From contig OZ242009.1 in assembly GCA_965204715.1 (NCBI GenBank), forward strand, positions 54,396-118,395: a DNA stretch of 64,000 bases, given 5' to 3'. Made by a program: the position numbers and the translations under genes. Below, in pieces: positions 1-9,462 of this stretch (the stretch's first letter is position 1; every line of letters starts with the position of its first letter). The notes beneath the pieces were generated by a model. It ran no database searches. It saw nothing but the letters and a program-made list of their open reading frames with translations, and was not told where the DNA came from. Source of the DNA: Dehalococcoidia bacterium (lineage in GTDB: Bacteria; Chloroflexota; Dehalococcoidia; Lucifugimonadales; UBA3495).

Positions 1-2
1 CG

Positions 3-182
3 GGCACCTGCAAGATGGGCCCGGACTCGGACCCGATGGCAGTGCTGGACCAGTATTGCCGAGTCCGGGGCATCGATGGGCTGCGGGTGGTGGACGTGTC
101 CACGCTTCCCGACTGCGTCCGGGCCAACACCAACGCCACCACGATTATGATCGCGGAGCGGGTGGCCGACTGGATGAAGTGA
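3..182 (+). CDS. 3' end of GMC oxidoreductase (choline dehydrogenase-like), truncated by window edge
   Basis: Manual translation [33 protein letters not shown]...[15 protein letters not shown] is the GMC C-terminal signature. Confidence 0.9.
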   Translation, partial: GTCKMGPDSDPMAVLDQYCRVRGIDGLRVVDVSTLPDCVRANTNATTIMIAERVADWMK

Positions 183-278
183 GGCAAGCAGCGGAGCAAC
201 CGCCGGGGCCGGGCGGAACCCCAACCCGGCGGTCCACAGTCCGCGCATCCGGAGGTAAGGACGGCAGCAACAAGCAGG

Positions 279-638
279 GTGCAGGAGATATTTGACGATG
301 CCAGAAGGATGCACAGCGAAGCGCTGGAACGGCTGGCAGCAGGCGACGTCCGCGACGCGGCGGAAAAGGCGTGGTGCGCCACCAAGCGGGCAACGGACGC
401 CCTGGTTCTGGCCCGCACGGGCGAGGACCCTGCTCTCACTGCCCCGACTACCGATGGCCTGGACGCCCTGGCCAGAGAGAACAGCAACGTAAAGCCACTG
501 GCAGGCCGGTATTACAGCCGGATTCACCAACTGCACGGCCTATGTTTCCATGCGGGAGTCTGCAACCCGGAAACCGAAAGGCGCATCAGAGAGACCGTTA
601 TGTACATCGAGGACGCGGAGCGGCTGGCGAGCCTTTAA
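279..638 (+). CDS. PaREP1-like (HEPN superfamily) protein
   Basis: All-helical 119 aa with DAAEKAWCA and QLHGLCF motifs. Confidence 0.7.
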   Translation: MQEIFDDARRMHSEALERLAAGDVRDAAEKAWCATKRATDALVLARTGEDPALTAPTTDGLDALARENSNVKPLAGRYYSRIHQLHGLCFHAGVCNPETERRIRETVMYIEDAERLASL

Positions 639-663
639 CCCCGAGATGTAGAGACTCATCCAC

Positions 664-2742
664 ATGGCAAAACTGCGCACAGCCATCCCCCTACTCGTTG
701 CCTTCGCCCTGTTCCTGACGGTGGCAGCGACCTACAGCGTCGTCAACTCGCAGTCGGGGAACGAGAAGTATGACGCCGACGGCGACGGGCTGATTGAGAT
801 TGAGTACCTGGAGCAGTTGAACGCCATCCGCTACGACCTGGACGGCGATGGTTTGGCGGACGGCGCATCCGGCAGGGACGCCTACGACGCCGCTTTCCTC
901 GTCTCCGGTTCGGAAAGGGTCTGTCCCCACGGCTATTGCTCCGGGTACGAACTAACCAGGCATTTGGACTTCCGAGACCGGACCAGCTACGCTTCCGGCA
1001 GGGTCAACGCCAAGTGGACGGAAGGCACTGGCTGGCTACCCATAGGCTTTGGCGAGAGTCCATTTGAAGCCACCCTCGACGGCAACGAGCACACCATCGC
1101 CAACCTGTACATCAACCGCACCACTGACCGCGACGACCCCGGCAGCGCGGGTCTTTTCGGCGTTGCGAACTCTTCCAGCATTGTCATGCGAACAGGTCTA
1201 TCCAATGTCAACGTTTCAGGGGAAGAGTATGTCGGCGGGCTGGTCGGTGGCAATGACGGCGAAATCATCAGCAGTCACGTCACCGGTAACGTTTCAGGGG
1301 AAAGTTCCGTCGGCGGACTGGTCGGCAGTAATTACGGCGGCACAATCACCGGCAGCTATGCCACCGGGAATGTTTCAGGGGAATATTATGAAGTCGGCGG
1401 GCTAGTCGGCAAGAATCGCGGCAATGACAGCACAATCACAGGCAGCTATGCCACTGGGAATGTTTCGGGGAATGGACAAGTCGGCGGACTGGTCGGCAGT
1501 AATTACGGCGGCACAGTCACCGGCAGTACTGCCACTGTCAGCGTGTCAGGGGAAGGTTACATCGGCGGACTAGTTGGCGACAATAGCGGCACAGTCTCCG
1601 GCAGCTATGCTACCGGCAGTGTTTTAGGGGAATATCAAGTCGGCGGGCTGATTGGCGGTAATTACTCCGGCGGCACAATCACCGGCAGCTATGCAACCGG
1701 CGACGTGTCAGGTGGAAAGACTGTTGGCGGGCTGGTTGGTGATAACGACAGCACAATCACTGCCAGTTACGCCACCGGGAATGTTTCGGGGAATGGACAA
1801 GTTGGCGGATTGTCCGATCATGGCAACGGCAGCGTAATTGCCAGTTACTCCACTGGTAGAGTGCAGGGAGCCGATATAGCAGGCGGTCTGATAGGAAATA
1901 ATCCCGGGGGCTCCATCATAGCCGGTTTCTGGGATATTCGAACATCCGGCCAGCAGTTAGGCGTCGGGCAGGGGGAGTCTACAGGCGCTGAGGGGAAGAC
2001 CACGGCCCAGCTACGGTCGCCAACCGGCTATACTGGGATCTACCGTGCCTGGAAAATAGACTTGGACAATGCCGACCGGGATTTCGACGACGCCACGGGT
2101 GTTGACGATGTTTGGGACTTTGGCACCTCCAGCCAGTACCCAGCGGTGAAAGCAGACTTCAATGGCGACGGCGTTGCCACTTGGCACGAGATAGGCAGTC
2201 AAGGCCGGCCATTACCCACACCGACGCCTACACCCCGGCCAACCCCTACTCCCACACCTACACCAACGCCTACGCCGACTCCCACGCCCGAACCGACGCC
2301 GACACCCACGGCCACCCCAACACTTACGCCTACTCACACGCCGACACCAACTCCCACACCTACCGCTACGCCAATTCCAATGCCTACTGCCAAGCCCACG
2401 CCTGAGCCGACAGCGACGCCGGTTCCGCCCACAGATACACCCACTCCGGAACCGCAGGCGACATCCGTTCCACCTACGGCAACCACGGAGTCCGCAACCG
2501 CTGTCGTCCTACCGGAAGCAGGCACCCCCACACCACCCGTGCGGATAATCACGGTGGTAGTAACGGCAACGCCTGCACCCACGGCTGAGACCATGCCAAC
2601 GCCCGTTGCGGAATCCGGAGGCGGGGCTTGTGGCCTGCCGACAGGGCCCATGCCGTTGGGCGCAGCGGCGGCCAACCTGCTCCTGCTGGCCGCTCCGCTG
2701 GGAATTATCTGGGGTCTGCGGTGGGGACGGCGGAAATCGTAG
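664..2742 (+). CDS. Secreted, surface-anchored GLUG-repeat protein with Pro/Thr linker and C-terminal membrane anchor
   Basis: N-terminal signal peptide, DADGDG acidic motifs, repeated VGGLVG-N...SYATGNVSG units, PT-rich stalk, GGGAC-hydrophobic-RRK tail. Confidence 0.85.
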   Translation: MAKLRTAIPLLVAFALFLTVAATYSVVNSQSGNEKYDADGDGLIEIEYLEQLNAIRYDLDGDGLADGASGRDAYDAAFLVSGSERVCPHGYCSGYELTRHLDFRDRTSYASGRVNAKWTEGTGWLPIGFGESPFEATLDGNEHTIANLYINRTTDRDDPGSAGLFGVANSSSIVMRTGLSNVNVSGEEYVGGLVGGNDGEIISSHVTGNVSGESSVGGLVGSNYGGTITGSYATGNVSGEYYEVGGLVGKNRGNDSTITGSYATGNVSGNGQVGGLVGSNYGGTVTGSTATVSVSGEGYIGGLVGDNSGTVSGSYATGSVLGEYQVGGLIGGNYSGGTITGSYATGDVSGGKTVGGLVGDNDSTITASYATGNVSGNGQVGGLSDHGNGSVIASYSTGRVQGADIAGGLIGNNPGGSIIAGFWDIRTSGQQLGVGQGESTGAEGKTTAQLRSPTGYTGIYRAWKIDLDNADRDFDDATGVDDVWDFGTSSQYPAVKADFNGDGVATWHEIGSQGRPLPTPTPTPRPTPTPTPTPTPTPTPTPEPTPTPTATPTLTPTHTPTPTPTPTATPIPMPTAKPTPEPTATPVPPTDTPTPEPQATSVPPTATTESATAVVLPEAGTPTPPVRIITVVVTATPAPTAETMPTPVAESGGGACGLPTGPMPLGAAAANLLLLAAPLGIIWGLRWGRRKS
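1213..1900 (+). repeat. Intragenic imperfect tandem GLUG repeats (26-29 codon units)
   Basis: Recurring gtcggcggrctrgtcggc...ggcagctatgccacyggsaatgtttc units; boundaries approximate. Confidence 0.85.
2215..2460 (+). repeat. Low-complexity (Pro-Thr)n coding repeat
   Basis: PTPTPT run in translation. Confidence 0.9.
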
Positions 2743-2743
2743 T

Positions 2744-3049
2744 TTACTTGCAGGACCCACCCACCAATTTCAGGTAGGCTCTGCGGGCTTCGGTCAGGAC
2801 TCGCTCCGGGTCTTTTTCGTACTCGGCCCAAATTTGTATGGTTAACTTGGCGGCGTTTCTCAATGCGGTTCCGGGTACCGACAGGGAATCGAAGTTCCGT
2901 TTGCGCATCAATATGGAGTCTACGGAGCAGATCATCACTTTATCGAGCTTTTTGATGTCTGGATGATCTTTTGTCAATTGTCCCTCATACTTAACCTTAA
3001 GGTACAAAACTGCCAAGTCATGCTCTCGTGTCCATTTTTGTTTTGACAT
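2744..3049 (-). CDS. Small protein resembling the N-terminal DNA-binding domain of HNH restriction endonucleases, without the HNH domain
   Basis: KWTREHDLAVLYL...SILMRKRNFDSL...NAAKLTIQIWAEY pattern; ATG at 3049; lower GC than neighbours. Confidence 0.5.
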   Translation of the reverse strand: MSKQKWTREHDLAVLYLKVKYEGQLTKDHPDIKKLDKVMICSVDSILMRKRNFDSLSVPGTALRNAAKLTIQIWAEYEKDPERVLTEARRAYLKLVGGSCK

Positions 3050-3207
3050 TTGGCTGCAACTCCACGAAATAGATGCGGGGATTATATGATATGCAGCCCA
3101 CATCGTGGACGCCATCGATGACTGCTAATATAATCGCCGGGCATGGCAGAGTCCATTGGAGAGAAATCCGGACAGAAAGCCAGCAATCGCTGGAGTGGGG
3201 GTAAAGG

Positions 3208-4242
3208 GTGCGATTCGGTTCTTTTGTGTTCAGTATCAGCGGGGAACCTGACGGCGACCACGTGGCCATCGACAACACTTTGCGGGAGGTGGAGCTGGCC
3301 GAGGAAGTGGGGATGGACGCCGTGTGGCTGACGGAGCACCACTTCGACGGGGCGGTGGCCTACGCCGACCCGGTGGTGTTCGGCGCGGCGGTGGCCATGC
3401 GCACCAAGCGGGTGAAGATCGGGTTCGCGGTGGTGGAGATGGCCCTGCACCATCCCGTCCGGCTGGCGGCGCAGACGGCGCTGCTGGACAACCTGAGCCA
3501 CGGGCGGCTGATCATGGGCACGGGCCGGGGTTCGGCGTATAACGAGTACGAGTATTTCGGGTTCGGCCTGACCCTGGAACAGGGCCGGGAGATGCTGCCC
3601 GAGGCCGAGGAGCTGCTGGTCAAGGCTTGGACCGGCGAGGACGTGGACCATAAAGGGCAGTTCTGGAACAGCAGGTTTCCCATCCTGCGGCCAAGACCCT
3701 ACCAGCAGCCGCACCCGCCCATTGTCCGGGCCTGCATCTCGGAAGAATCGACGTTGGAGATGGCCCGCATTGGCCGTCCCGTCCTGATGGGTATCCACCC
3801 GATGGACACGCTGCGTCACCGGCTGGAGGTCTACCGGGAAACGATGCTGGATGCAGGGTTTTCCCCGGAGGCGGTGGAAGCCGCTGTTGACCAGACCTGG
3901 GGGCAGCGGGGGCTTTACGTTGCTGAGTCAGATGAGGAGGCTCGGGAGGTGGCCGAGGGCGCGCTGCGTCGTTTCCGCGCCCACCTTCTGGACGCACGCA
4001 TCAAGTACAACCCCGGAGGCGTTCCGCCGCGTGACCCAAACCAGCCTCCGGCTCCCGCGGAGATGGTGGAGCACGCCTTCCTGGCGGGCACACCGGAGAC
4101 GGTGGCGGCGGGAATCAAGGAACTGGAGGGCACCGGGTTGCGGAACCTGTTGCTGAACCCCAACGTGGGCCAGATACCGCTGGAGCAGGTGGAGAAGTCG
4201 ATGCGGCTCTTCGGGGACAGGGTGCTGCCGCTGGTTAGGTAG
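3208..4242 (+). CDS. LLM-class flavin-dependent oxidoreductase
   Basis: WLTEHHF, HHPVRLAAQTALLDNLSHGRL, PRPYQQPHPP motifs. Confidence 0.92.
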   Translation: MRFGSFVFSISGEPDGDHVAIDNTLREVELAEEVGMDAVWLTEHHFDGAVAYADPVVFGAAVAMRTKRVKIGFAVVEMALHHPVRLAAQTALLDNLSHGRLIMGTGRGSAYNEYEYFGFGLTLEQGREMLPEAEELLVKAWTGEDVDHKGQFWNSRFPILRPRPYQQPHPPIVRACISEESTLEMARIGRPVLMGIHPMDTLRHRLEVYRETMLDAGFSPEAVEAAVDQTWGQRGLYVAESDEEAREVAEGALRRFRAHLLDARIKYNPGGVPPRDPNQPPAPAEMVEHAFLAGTPETVAAGIKELEGTGLRNLLLNPNVGQIPLEQVEKSMRLFGDRVLPLVR

Positions 4243-4272
4243 CGTCAGAGTATCCCAAGGCAGGTGGCTTGA

Positions 4273-5046
4273 ATGAGTATCGGGGAACTGTTCGGTCTGG
4301 ATGGCAGGGTGGCCATCGTTACCGGGGGCAACGGCGGCCTCGGGCTGGGCATGGCCCTTGGGCTGGCGGGCGCGGGGGCGAGCATTGTCGTCGCTGCGCG
4401 CAACATGGAGAAGACGGCGCAGGCCCAAGCCGAGATTGAGGCGTTGGGGGTCAAGTCCCTGGGACTGCCGGTGGACGTGAACCGGGAGCCGGACATTGCC
4501 GGGATGGTGGAGAAGACCGTGGCGGAGTTCGGACGGGTGGACATCCTGGTGAACAATGCGGGGATGACGGTGCGGAAGGAACCCCAGGACCTGGACGTTG
4601 AAGAGTGGGACAACGTGCTGGACGTTAACCTTCGCGCTGCGTTCTTGGCGTCCAGATCGGTCTATCCCCACATGAAGGCGCAGGGCGGGGGCAAGATCAT
4701 CAGCGTGGGTTCGATGTTCTCCCTGTTCGGCGGCGGGGGAAGCGGCGCGCCCTACTCGGCCAGCAAGGGCGGCATTGTCCAGTTGTCCAAGAGCCTGGCG
4801 GTGGCCTGGGCCAAGGACAACATCCAGTCCAACGCCATCCTGCCGGGCTGGTTTATGACGGAACTGACGGCGGCGGTGCCCGCGAACCAGCCGGAGCGGT
4901 TCGACCTGATCAACCGGCGCATACCCACGGGGCGGTGGGGCGGGGCCGAGGAGTTGCAGGGCGCGGTTGTGTTCCTGGCCGGGAAGGGATCGGACTACGT
5001 AACCGGGGCGGTGCTGACGGTGGACGGGGGTTACTCGGTGATGTAG
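4273..5046 (+). CDS. SDR-family oxidoreductase (KduD-like)
   Basis: TGGNGGLG, NNAG, YSASK catalytic motif. Confidence 0.92.
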   Translation: MSIGELFGLDGRVAIVTGGNGGLGLGMALGLAGAGASIVVAARNMEKTAQAQAEIEALGVKSLGLPVDVNREPDIAGMVEKTVAEFGRVDILVNNAGMTVRKEPQDLDVEEWDNVLDVNLRAAFLASRSVYPHMKAQGGGKIISVGSMFSLFGGGGSGAPYSASKGGIVQLSKSLAVAWAKDNIQSNAILPGWFMTELTAAVPANQPERFDLINRRIPTGRWGGAEELQGAVVFLAGKGSDYVTGAVLTVDGGYSVM

Positions 5047-5088
5047 TGGTAGCTGACCACCAGCCAGGGTCTGTTTACAATACGACGT

Positions 5089-5280
5089 CTAGCTATTGTA
5101 TCTCCGATCAAACTCTTCTTCGGACATGATGGTTATCAGTATTGCATCCACTAACGCCCAAACTCCAAGACCGCCCAACGTCAATATCTTCCATATCCCC
5201 TTGCCAGTCTTTCTCAGATAGAAGTCATACGCTGGCCAGAACAACCATACTAGAAGCATCGCACTCAGCTTGCTCTTCAT
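5089..5280 (-). CDS. TM2-domain small membrane protein
   Basis: KSKLSAMLL...FYLRKTGKGIWKILTLGGLGVWALVD; GGAGAGGG SD upstream. Confidence 0.75.
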   Translation of the reverse strand: MKSKLSAMLLVWLFWPAYDFYLRKTGKGIWKILTLGGLGVWALVDAILITIMSEEEFDRRYNS

Positions 5281-5407
5281 GCTCCCTCTCCCTGTCTTGA
5301 TTTGCGAGTGAGCGAAATCGGATTCCGGTGTCGTTTTTCTTTCCCTGATATGCCCATAGGTGACTCTCTGACCGTATTTTTGGTGAGTAACAGGCCCATG
5401 TCTACTA

Positions 5408-5433
5408 GACTTATAATCTATGGACTCATAGTC
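5408..5433 (+). promoter_or_regulatory. Double C-box operator (GACTTATAATC-TATG-GACTCATAGTC)
   Basis: Two GACTnnnAGTC-type palindromes 4 bp apart, 25 bp upstream of a C-protein-like XRE gene; TAACGT -10-like hexamer at 5444-5449. Confidence 0.75.
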
Positions 5434-5458
5434 TATGCATGGTTAACGTCCACGTCAA

Positions 5459-5704
5459 GTGGACGACTATTACGCAGCATTCGGCCGACATATTCGGTAC
5501 ATGAGAAGTCTGCGTTCTCTAACGCAGGAAGAGGTGGCTCACCGGGCCAATGTTCATGTGTCCTATCTATCCGGTATAGAGAGAGGGGTGCGAAATCCTT
5601 CGTTGAAGAACATACGGGCTATTGCCCGTGCTTTGGGAGTATCAGTAGGTGAGTTGTTCGCCTTTGAGCAGCACCCATCCGGGACGCACCCATATAGGTC
5701 CTGA
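5459..5704 (+). CDS. XRE-family HTH regulator, RM controller (C) protein-like
   Basis: LTQEEVAHRANVHVSYLSGIERGVRNPSLKNI helix-turn-helix. Confidence 0.85.
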   Translation: MDDYYAAFGRHIRYMRSLRSLTQEEVAHRANVHVSYLSGIERGVRNPSLKNIRAIARALGVSVGELFAFEQHPSGTHPYRS

Positions 5705-5785
5705 TAGGCTTGCGGAATCAGCGGAGGCCTTCTGCTTTCAGTCCGAGGGCACTGGCCATCCACTCCAGCTTGACAGCCGGAATAA

Positions 5786-7228
5786 GTGAGTGTCGTTATG
5801 ACCACTACAACTTCCACAGCGGCAAAGGAACTCCCGCCGGGACCACGCGGGTTGCCCGTATTCGGGTCGCTGCTCAGCGTTGCCAAGGACCCGCACATGG
5901 CCGTCCATCGCATAGTCCAGAGGTATGGAGACGTCTGCCTTCTGAGGTTCGGCAGTGTTCCCACGGTGGTGATAAGCCATCCGGACCTGCTGAAGGAAGC
6001 CTTCGACAAGACTGAACTGGCGGACCGGTGGGTCAGCGAAATCATGGACATCCTGAGCGATCAAAAAGACCTGGTCATGGCCCCCTACGGCGAGCACTGG
6101 CGGCAATTGCAACGTTTTGCCAACCGGGAGTTGCTCAGCCCCAGGAACCTTCACCAAATCCGCGAGAGGCACATAGAGGAGGTGGTGGGCAACCTGGTGG
6201 AGGAAGTGGGCCAGCGGAGCGAGTCCGGTCAACCGGTGGAGCCGGTGGAGATGCTGTCCCGCAGCAACTCTACGATCATGTTCCGGGCTATCTTCGGCCG
6301 CAGCGAAGGAGACGCGACAGAATTCGAGGGCCACCGGCAGGAATTACTCGATCTTGTAACCTGGATTTTCAAGAACGCCACGGCCACAAACCTGGCGGAC
6401 TACATCCCGTGGCTGAAGATACTGGCCAGCGGCGGCCTGAAAGAAGCGCGGCGGCAGTCGGAAATCAGCACGGCCATTATAACGTCGCTGCTGGACCATG
6501 CCCGCGCCCGGCCTGGCCTGGACCTGGAGAACCCTTCGTGCCTGGCCGAAGTGATGCTGGCCGCGGAAGCCCGGGAAGAAATCACCGAGGAGACCATCAG
6601 GCATCTGTGCATGGACCTGATGTTGGCCGGAATCGACACGACGGCCCAGACGGTCAGTTGGCTGCTGCTCTCCCTGGCCAACCGCCCGGAAATTCAGGAG
6701 AAGGTCCACGAGGAACTGGACCGGGTTATAGGCCGGGGCAATTCGCCAGGAGCGGAAGACCAGGGCAGGCTGCCCTATCTATTCGCCGTCATCCTGGAAA
6801 ATATGCGTCATCACACAGTCGGCCCCTTTGGGGTGCCCCACAAGGCATCGCGGGACTGCGAGACCGGAGGCTACCTGATTCCCGAGGGCGCCCAGGTGCT
6901 GGGAAACATCTACTCGATACACCACGACCCGCGTTTCTGGGACTCACCCGGTGAATTCAGACCAGAGCGGTTCCTGCCAGGGGAGGACGGCTCGCACCCG
7001 CCCGCCCTGACCAATGGGACGTTCATTCCATTCGGGACCGGGCACCGGCGATGTCCGGGACGCCGCTTCGGAGAGACAGTGGTGTGGCTCCACGCGACCC
7101 GCCTGCTGAGCCAGTTCCGGTTTGAAGTACCGGGACCCGGCGGCGCAACGCTGCCGGAGACCGAGGTATTCGGACTGGCGGTAGGGCCGAAACCCTTTTC
7201 CCTTCGGGCTGTCAGCCGGGACTCTTAG
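5786..7228 (+). CDS. Cytochrome P450, eukaryote-like sequence features
   Basis: LPPGP hinge, WRQLQR, AGIDTT I-helix, ENMR (ExxR), PERF, FGTGHRRCPG heme motif; alternative ATG start at 5798. Confidence 0.95.
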   Translation: MSVVMTTTTSTAAKELPPGPRGLPVFGSLLSVAKDPHMAVHRIVQRYGDVCLLRFGSVPTVVISHPDLLKEAFDKTELADRWVSEIMDILSDQKDLVMAPYGEHWRQLQRFANRELLSPRNLHQIRERHIEEVVGNLVEEVGQRSESGQPVEPVEMLSRSNSTIMFRAIFGRSEGDATEFEGHRQELLDLVTWIFKNATATNLADYIPWLKILASGGLKEARRQSEISTAIITSLLDHARARPGLDLENPSCLAEVMLAAEAREEITEETIRHLCMDLMLAGIDTTAQTVSWLLLSLANRPEIQEKVHEELDRVIGRGNSPGAEDQGRLPYLFAVILENMRHHTVGPFGVPHKASRDCETGGYLIPEGAQVLGNIYSIHHDPRFWDSPGEFRPERFLPGEDGSHPPALTNGTFIPFGTGHRRCPGRRFGETVVWLHATRLLSQFRFEVPGPGGATLPETEVFGLAVGPKPFSLRAVSRDS

Positions 7229-7274
7229 CGGGCCGGAGCATTTTCACTTCCGAAATACTCCCTGCCTACCACCA

Positions 7275-7505
7275 TCATGTGGCGCGGCGGTACGGGTACC
7301 TGTCGTGGGTGGGGTACAAGTCTATGATGACGTCGCGCATGTATTGGCCCTTGGAACCGGCAGACATCAAACCTTGATGGACTTCCGGCGGCACACCTTC
7401 ATACCAGTAGACACGCCCGCTGTTGAACACGACCGCAAGCTCCTGCGTCTCAGGGTCGTATCCGACCGCGTATATCATGCTGGACTCCACGGTTTCCAGG
7501 TACAC
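7275..7505 (-). CDS. KTSC-domain protein
   Basis: VESSMIYAVGYD...FNSGRVYWYEGVP...AGSKGQY. Confidence 0.85.
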   Translation of the reverse strand: MYLETVESSMIYAVGYDPETQELAVVFNSGRVYWYEGVPPEVHQGLMSAGSKGQYMRDVIIDLYPTHDRYPYRRAT

Positions 7506-7542
7506 TCAGTGCGCCCTCCGGCGGAGCATTGGATGTGTGGGG

Positions 7543-7944
7543 TTATCTCTGAGCATCCCGCGCTATGTTAACCGCCCACTGTACGAAGGACTTGACTATG
7601 GGACGCCCGCTCTCGATTTCGTAGTCCGTCAAATGTCCATTGTAAAAGTTATCGTGGAAGTGCCTGGCTTCGGGGACGGCTTTCCCTAAATCGACGGGGT
7701 TGTGGTACGACGCTCCATCATCCGCGGTCAGGCGATTGGCCGACTCAAGGAGTTCCCGATGCGTCCCATGCTTCCACTTCCTCTGCATAGCTATCGCGGT
7801 GACAGCATGGGAAAAAGCGCCCCAGAGTTTCTCAGAGGCTTGCATCGTGTCTCCAGCTTCAAACTCCCTATCGGACTCGGTCAGAAAGTCAAGCGCAGTC
7901 TCTACACGCTCCTGTACTGTCATCACCCTTGGCTCTGTTGCCAT
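7543..7944 (-). CDS. PaREP1-like (HEPN superfamily) protein
   Basis: QASEKLWGA, HRELL, FHDNFY motifs. Confidence 0.8.
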   Translation of the reverse strand: MATEPRVMTVQERVETALDFLTESDREFEAGDTMQASEKLWGAFSHAVTAIAMQRKWKHGTHRELLESANRLTADDGASYHNPVDLGKAVPEARHFHDNFYNGHLTDYEIESGRPIVKSFVQWAVNIARDAQR

Positions 7945-8125
7945 CTCTCGTCCTCAAGCGTGGTCCGGGCAGCAGGTCCTGACCGCCGTCCAGACCGTCA
8001 ACCACACGTCGCCGCATCGTCGATATGGGCGCCTGCTTGCCCATGACAAGCTGACTCCAGCCGTTCCCGGCATTAACTCTCTATCTCGATGGCGAGTATA
8101 CACTTTCTTTGCAACAGGTCCGTTG

Positions 8126-9001
8126 TTAACCCAACTGCTCCAGCAGGTGGCGGGAGAGCATCATCTTTACCGGGCTTATGGGGCGGAAGGTGCGGGAGAC
8201 GCGGACATCTCCGGCCAGGCTGAGGATGGTGTAGGCGTCGTAGGGTTCCATCCCCTTTTCCGTGACGAGGAAGTCCACCATGTCGCGGACCGATTGCTTC
8301 ATCGCCGGGCCGAGGTCCTCGCCGTGGGACAGGATTACGAAGTAGTCCGGGGTCATGGCCCTTGGCCCCGATATGTTCATTCCCTTCTCGACCGTGACCC
8401 GCAGGTGGGTGTCGGCGGAACACTCCGCGCCGGTGCCGGCGACTGCGCCGTCGCCCACCACGGCGTGGCAATCGCCCAGAGCCAGCATACCGCCGGGGAC
8501 GAAGACGGGGAGGTAGAGGGTGCTGCCCTCCACCAGTTCCTTGAGGTCGATGTCGCCGCCGTAGGGGCCGCTGTCGCTGGCGGTTAGCTGTTGATAGGTT
8601 GGAGTGGTGGCCACCAGGCCCATCGAGGGCATGAGGGGGATGCGGAGTCCGTTGGGCAAGCAGGCGTGGCCTTCCACAAGGCTGATGATGGTCGGGTAGG
8701 CCTCGGTGAATTCCTGCTCCAGGAACCCCCTGCCGGGCATGACCATGTGGGCCGCGGCCTCCTTGGGGGTGATGCTCAGGAACTCCACGCGCAGGGCGTC
8801 CCCCGGCTCTGCGCCGTTGACGTATATCGGGCCGCTGGCGGGTCCCTTCAGGTGCTTGGCGTCCAGGACCTCCGGGTCGCGCTCGCCCTCGAATGCGTCC
8901 CAGGTCTCGACGACCAGCTCCTCGCCGGAGTCGATGGTTATGGCGGGTTCCGCCTCGGGGTCCAGGACGTAGATGTGGTGTTCCCTACCCAGTCGCTTCA
9001 T
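8126..9001 (-). CDS. Acetamidase/formamidase family protein
   Basis: GPIYVNGAEPGDAL, GGDID, GDCHAVVGDG. Confidence 0.9.
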   Translation of the reverse strand: MKRLGREHHIYVLDPEAEPAITIDSGEELVVETWDAFEGERDPEVLDAKHLKGPASGPIYVNGAEPGDALRVEFLSITPKEAAAHMVMPGRGFLEQEFTEAYPTIISLVEGHACLPNGLRIPLMPSMGLVATTPTYQQLTASDSGPYGGDIDLKELVEGSTLYLPVFVPGGMLALGDCHAVVGDGAVAGTGAECSADTHLRVTVEKGMNISGPRAMTPDYFVILSHGEDLGPAMKQSVRDMVDFLVTEKGMEPYDAYTILSLAGDVRVSRTFRPISPVKMMLSRHLLEQLG

Positions 9002-9455
9002 CTTGAATCCTCCAAATCTCGCGGCGCCACTGGCCGTTTTCGATGGCGGCGAAGGACGCGCTTTCTATGTCTATCGAGAAGAGATGGTATTCGGGTTCCT
9101 CGGGCATGAATCCGATTTTAGCGTAGAGGGCTTCGGAGTAACGGAGGCGCTCTGCCAGGTCTGTGGTCTCAACGGCGTACCCGTAGAGCTTGAACTCGCC
9201 CTCGGCGCCGTTGCGGTCGGATACAGCGCTATGGAGGCTGCACCGTGGGTCGCGCAGCAGATCCAGGGCTTTGCGGGACTGCCACATCATGCCGAGGTAC
9301 AGGTTTCCGCCGGTTATCACGAACTCCACTGGGCTGATACGGGGCCAGCCGTTCTTCCGCAAGGTAGCCAAGAGGACCAGGCCGGTGCGGTCGAAGCGCT
9401 CTTGGCCAAGGGGCGCCAGGTGGGGGGCGTTTGCCTGGAACTCCTGCCAATTCAC
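8985..9455 (-). CDS. Pyridoxamine 5'-phosphate oxidase-like (split-barrel flavin/F420) protein
   Basis: LATLRKNGWPRISPV, KALDLLRDPRCSLH. Confidence 0.85.
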   Translation of the reverse strand: MNWQEFQANAPHLAPLGQERFDRTGLVLLATLRKNGWPRISPVEFVITGGNLYLGMMWQSRKALDLLRDPRCSLHSAVSDRNGAEGEFKLYGYAVETTDLAERLRYSEALYAKIGFMPEEPEYHLFSIDIESASFAAIENGQWRREIWRIQDEATG

Positions 9456-9462
9456 GGCCGGG

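Noticed and set aside
1213-1900. Regular repeats that could be mistaken for a CRISPR array
   Set aside because: In-frame, degenerate at third positions and encode GLUG units; no cas genes in the window.
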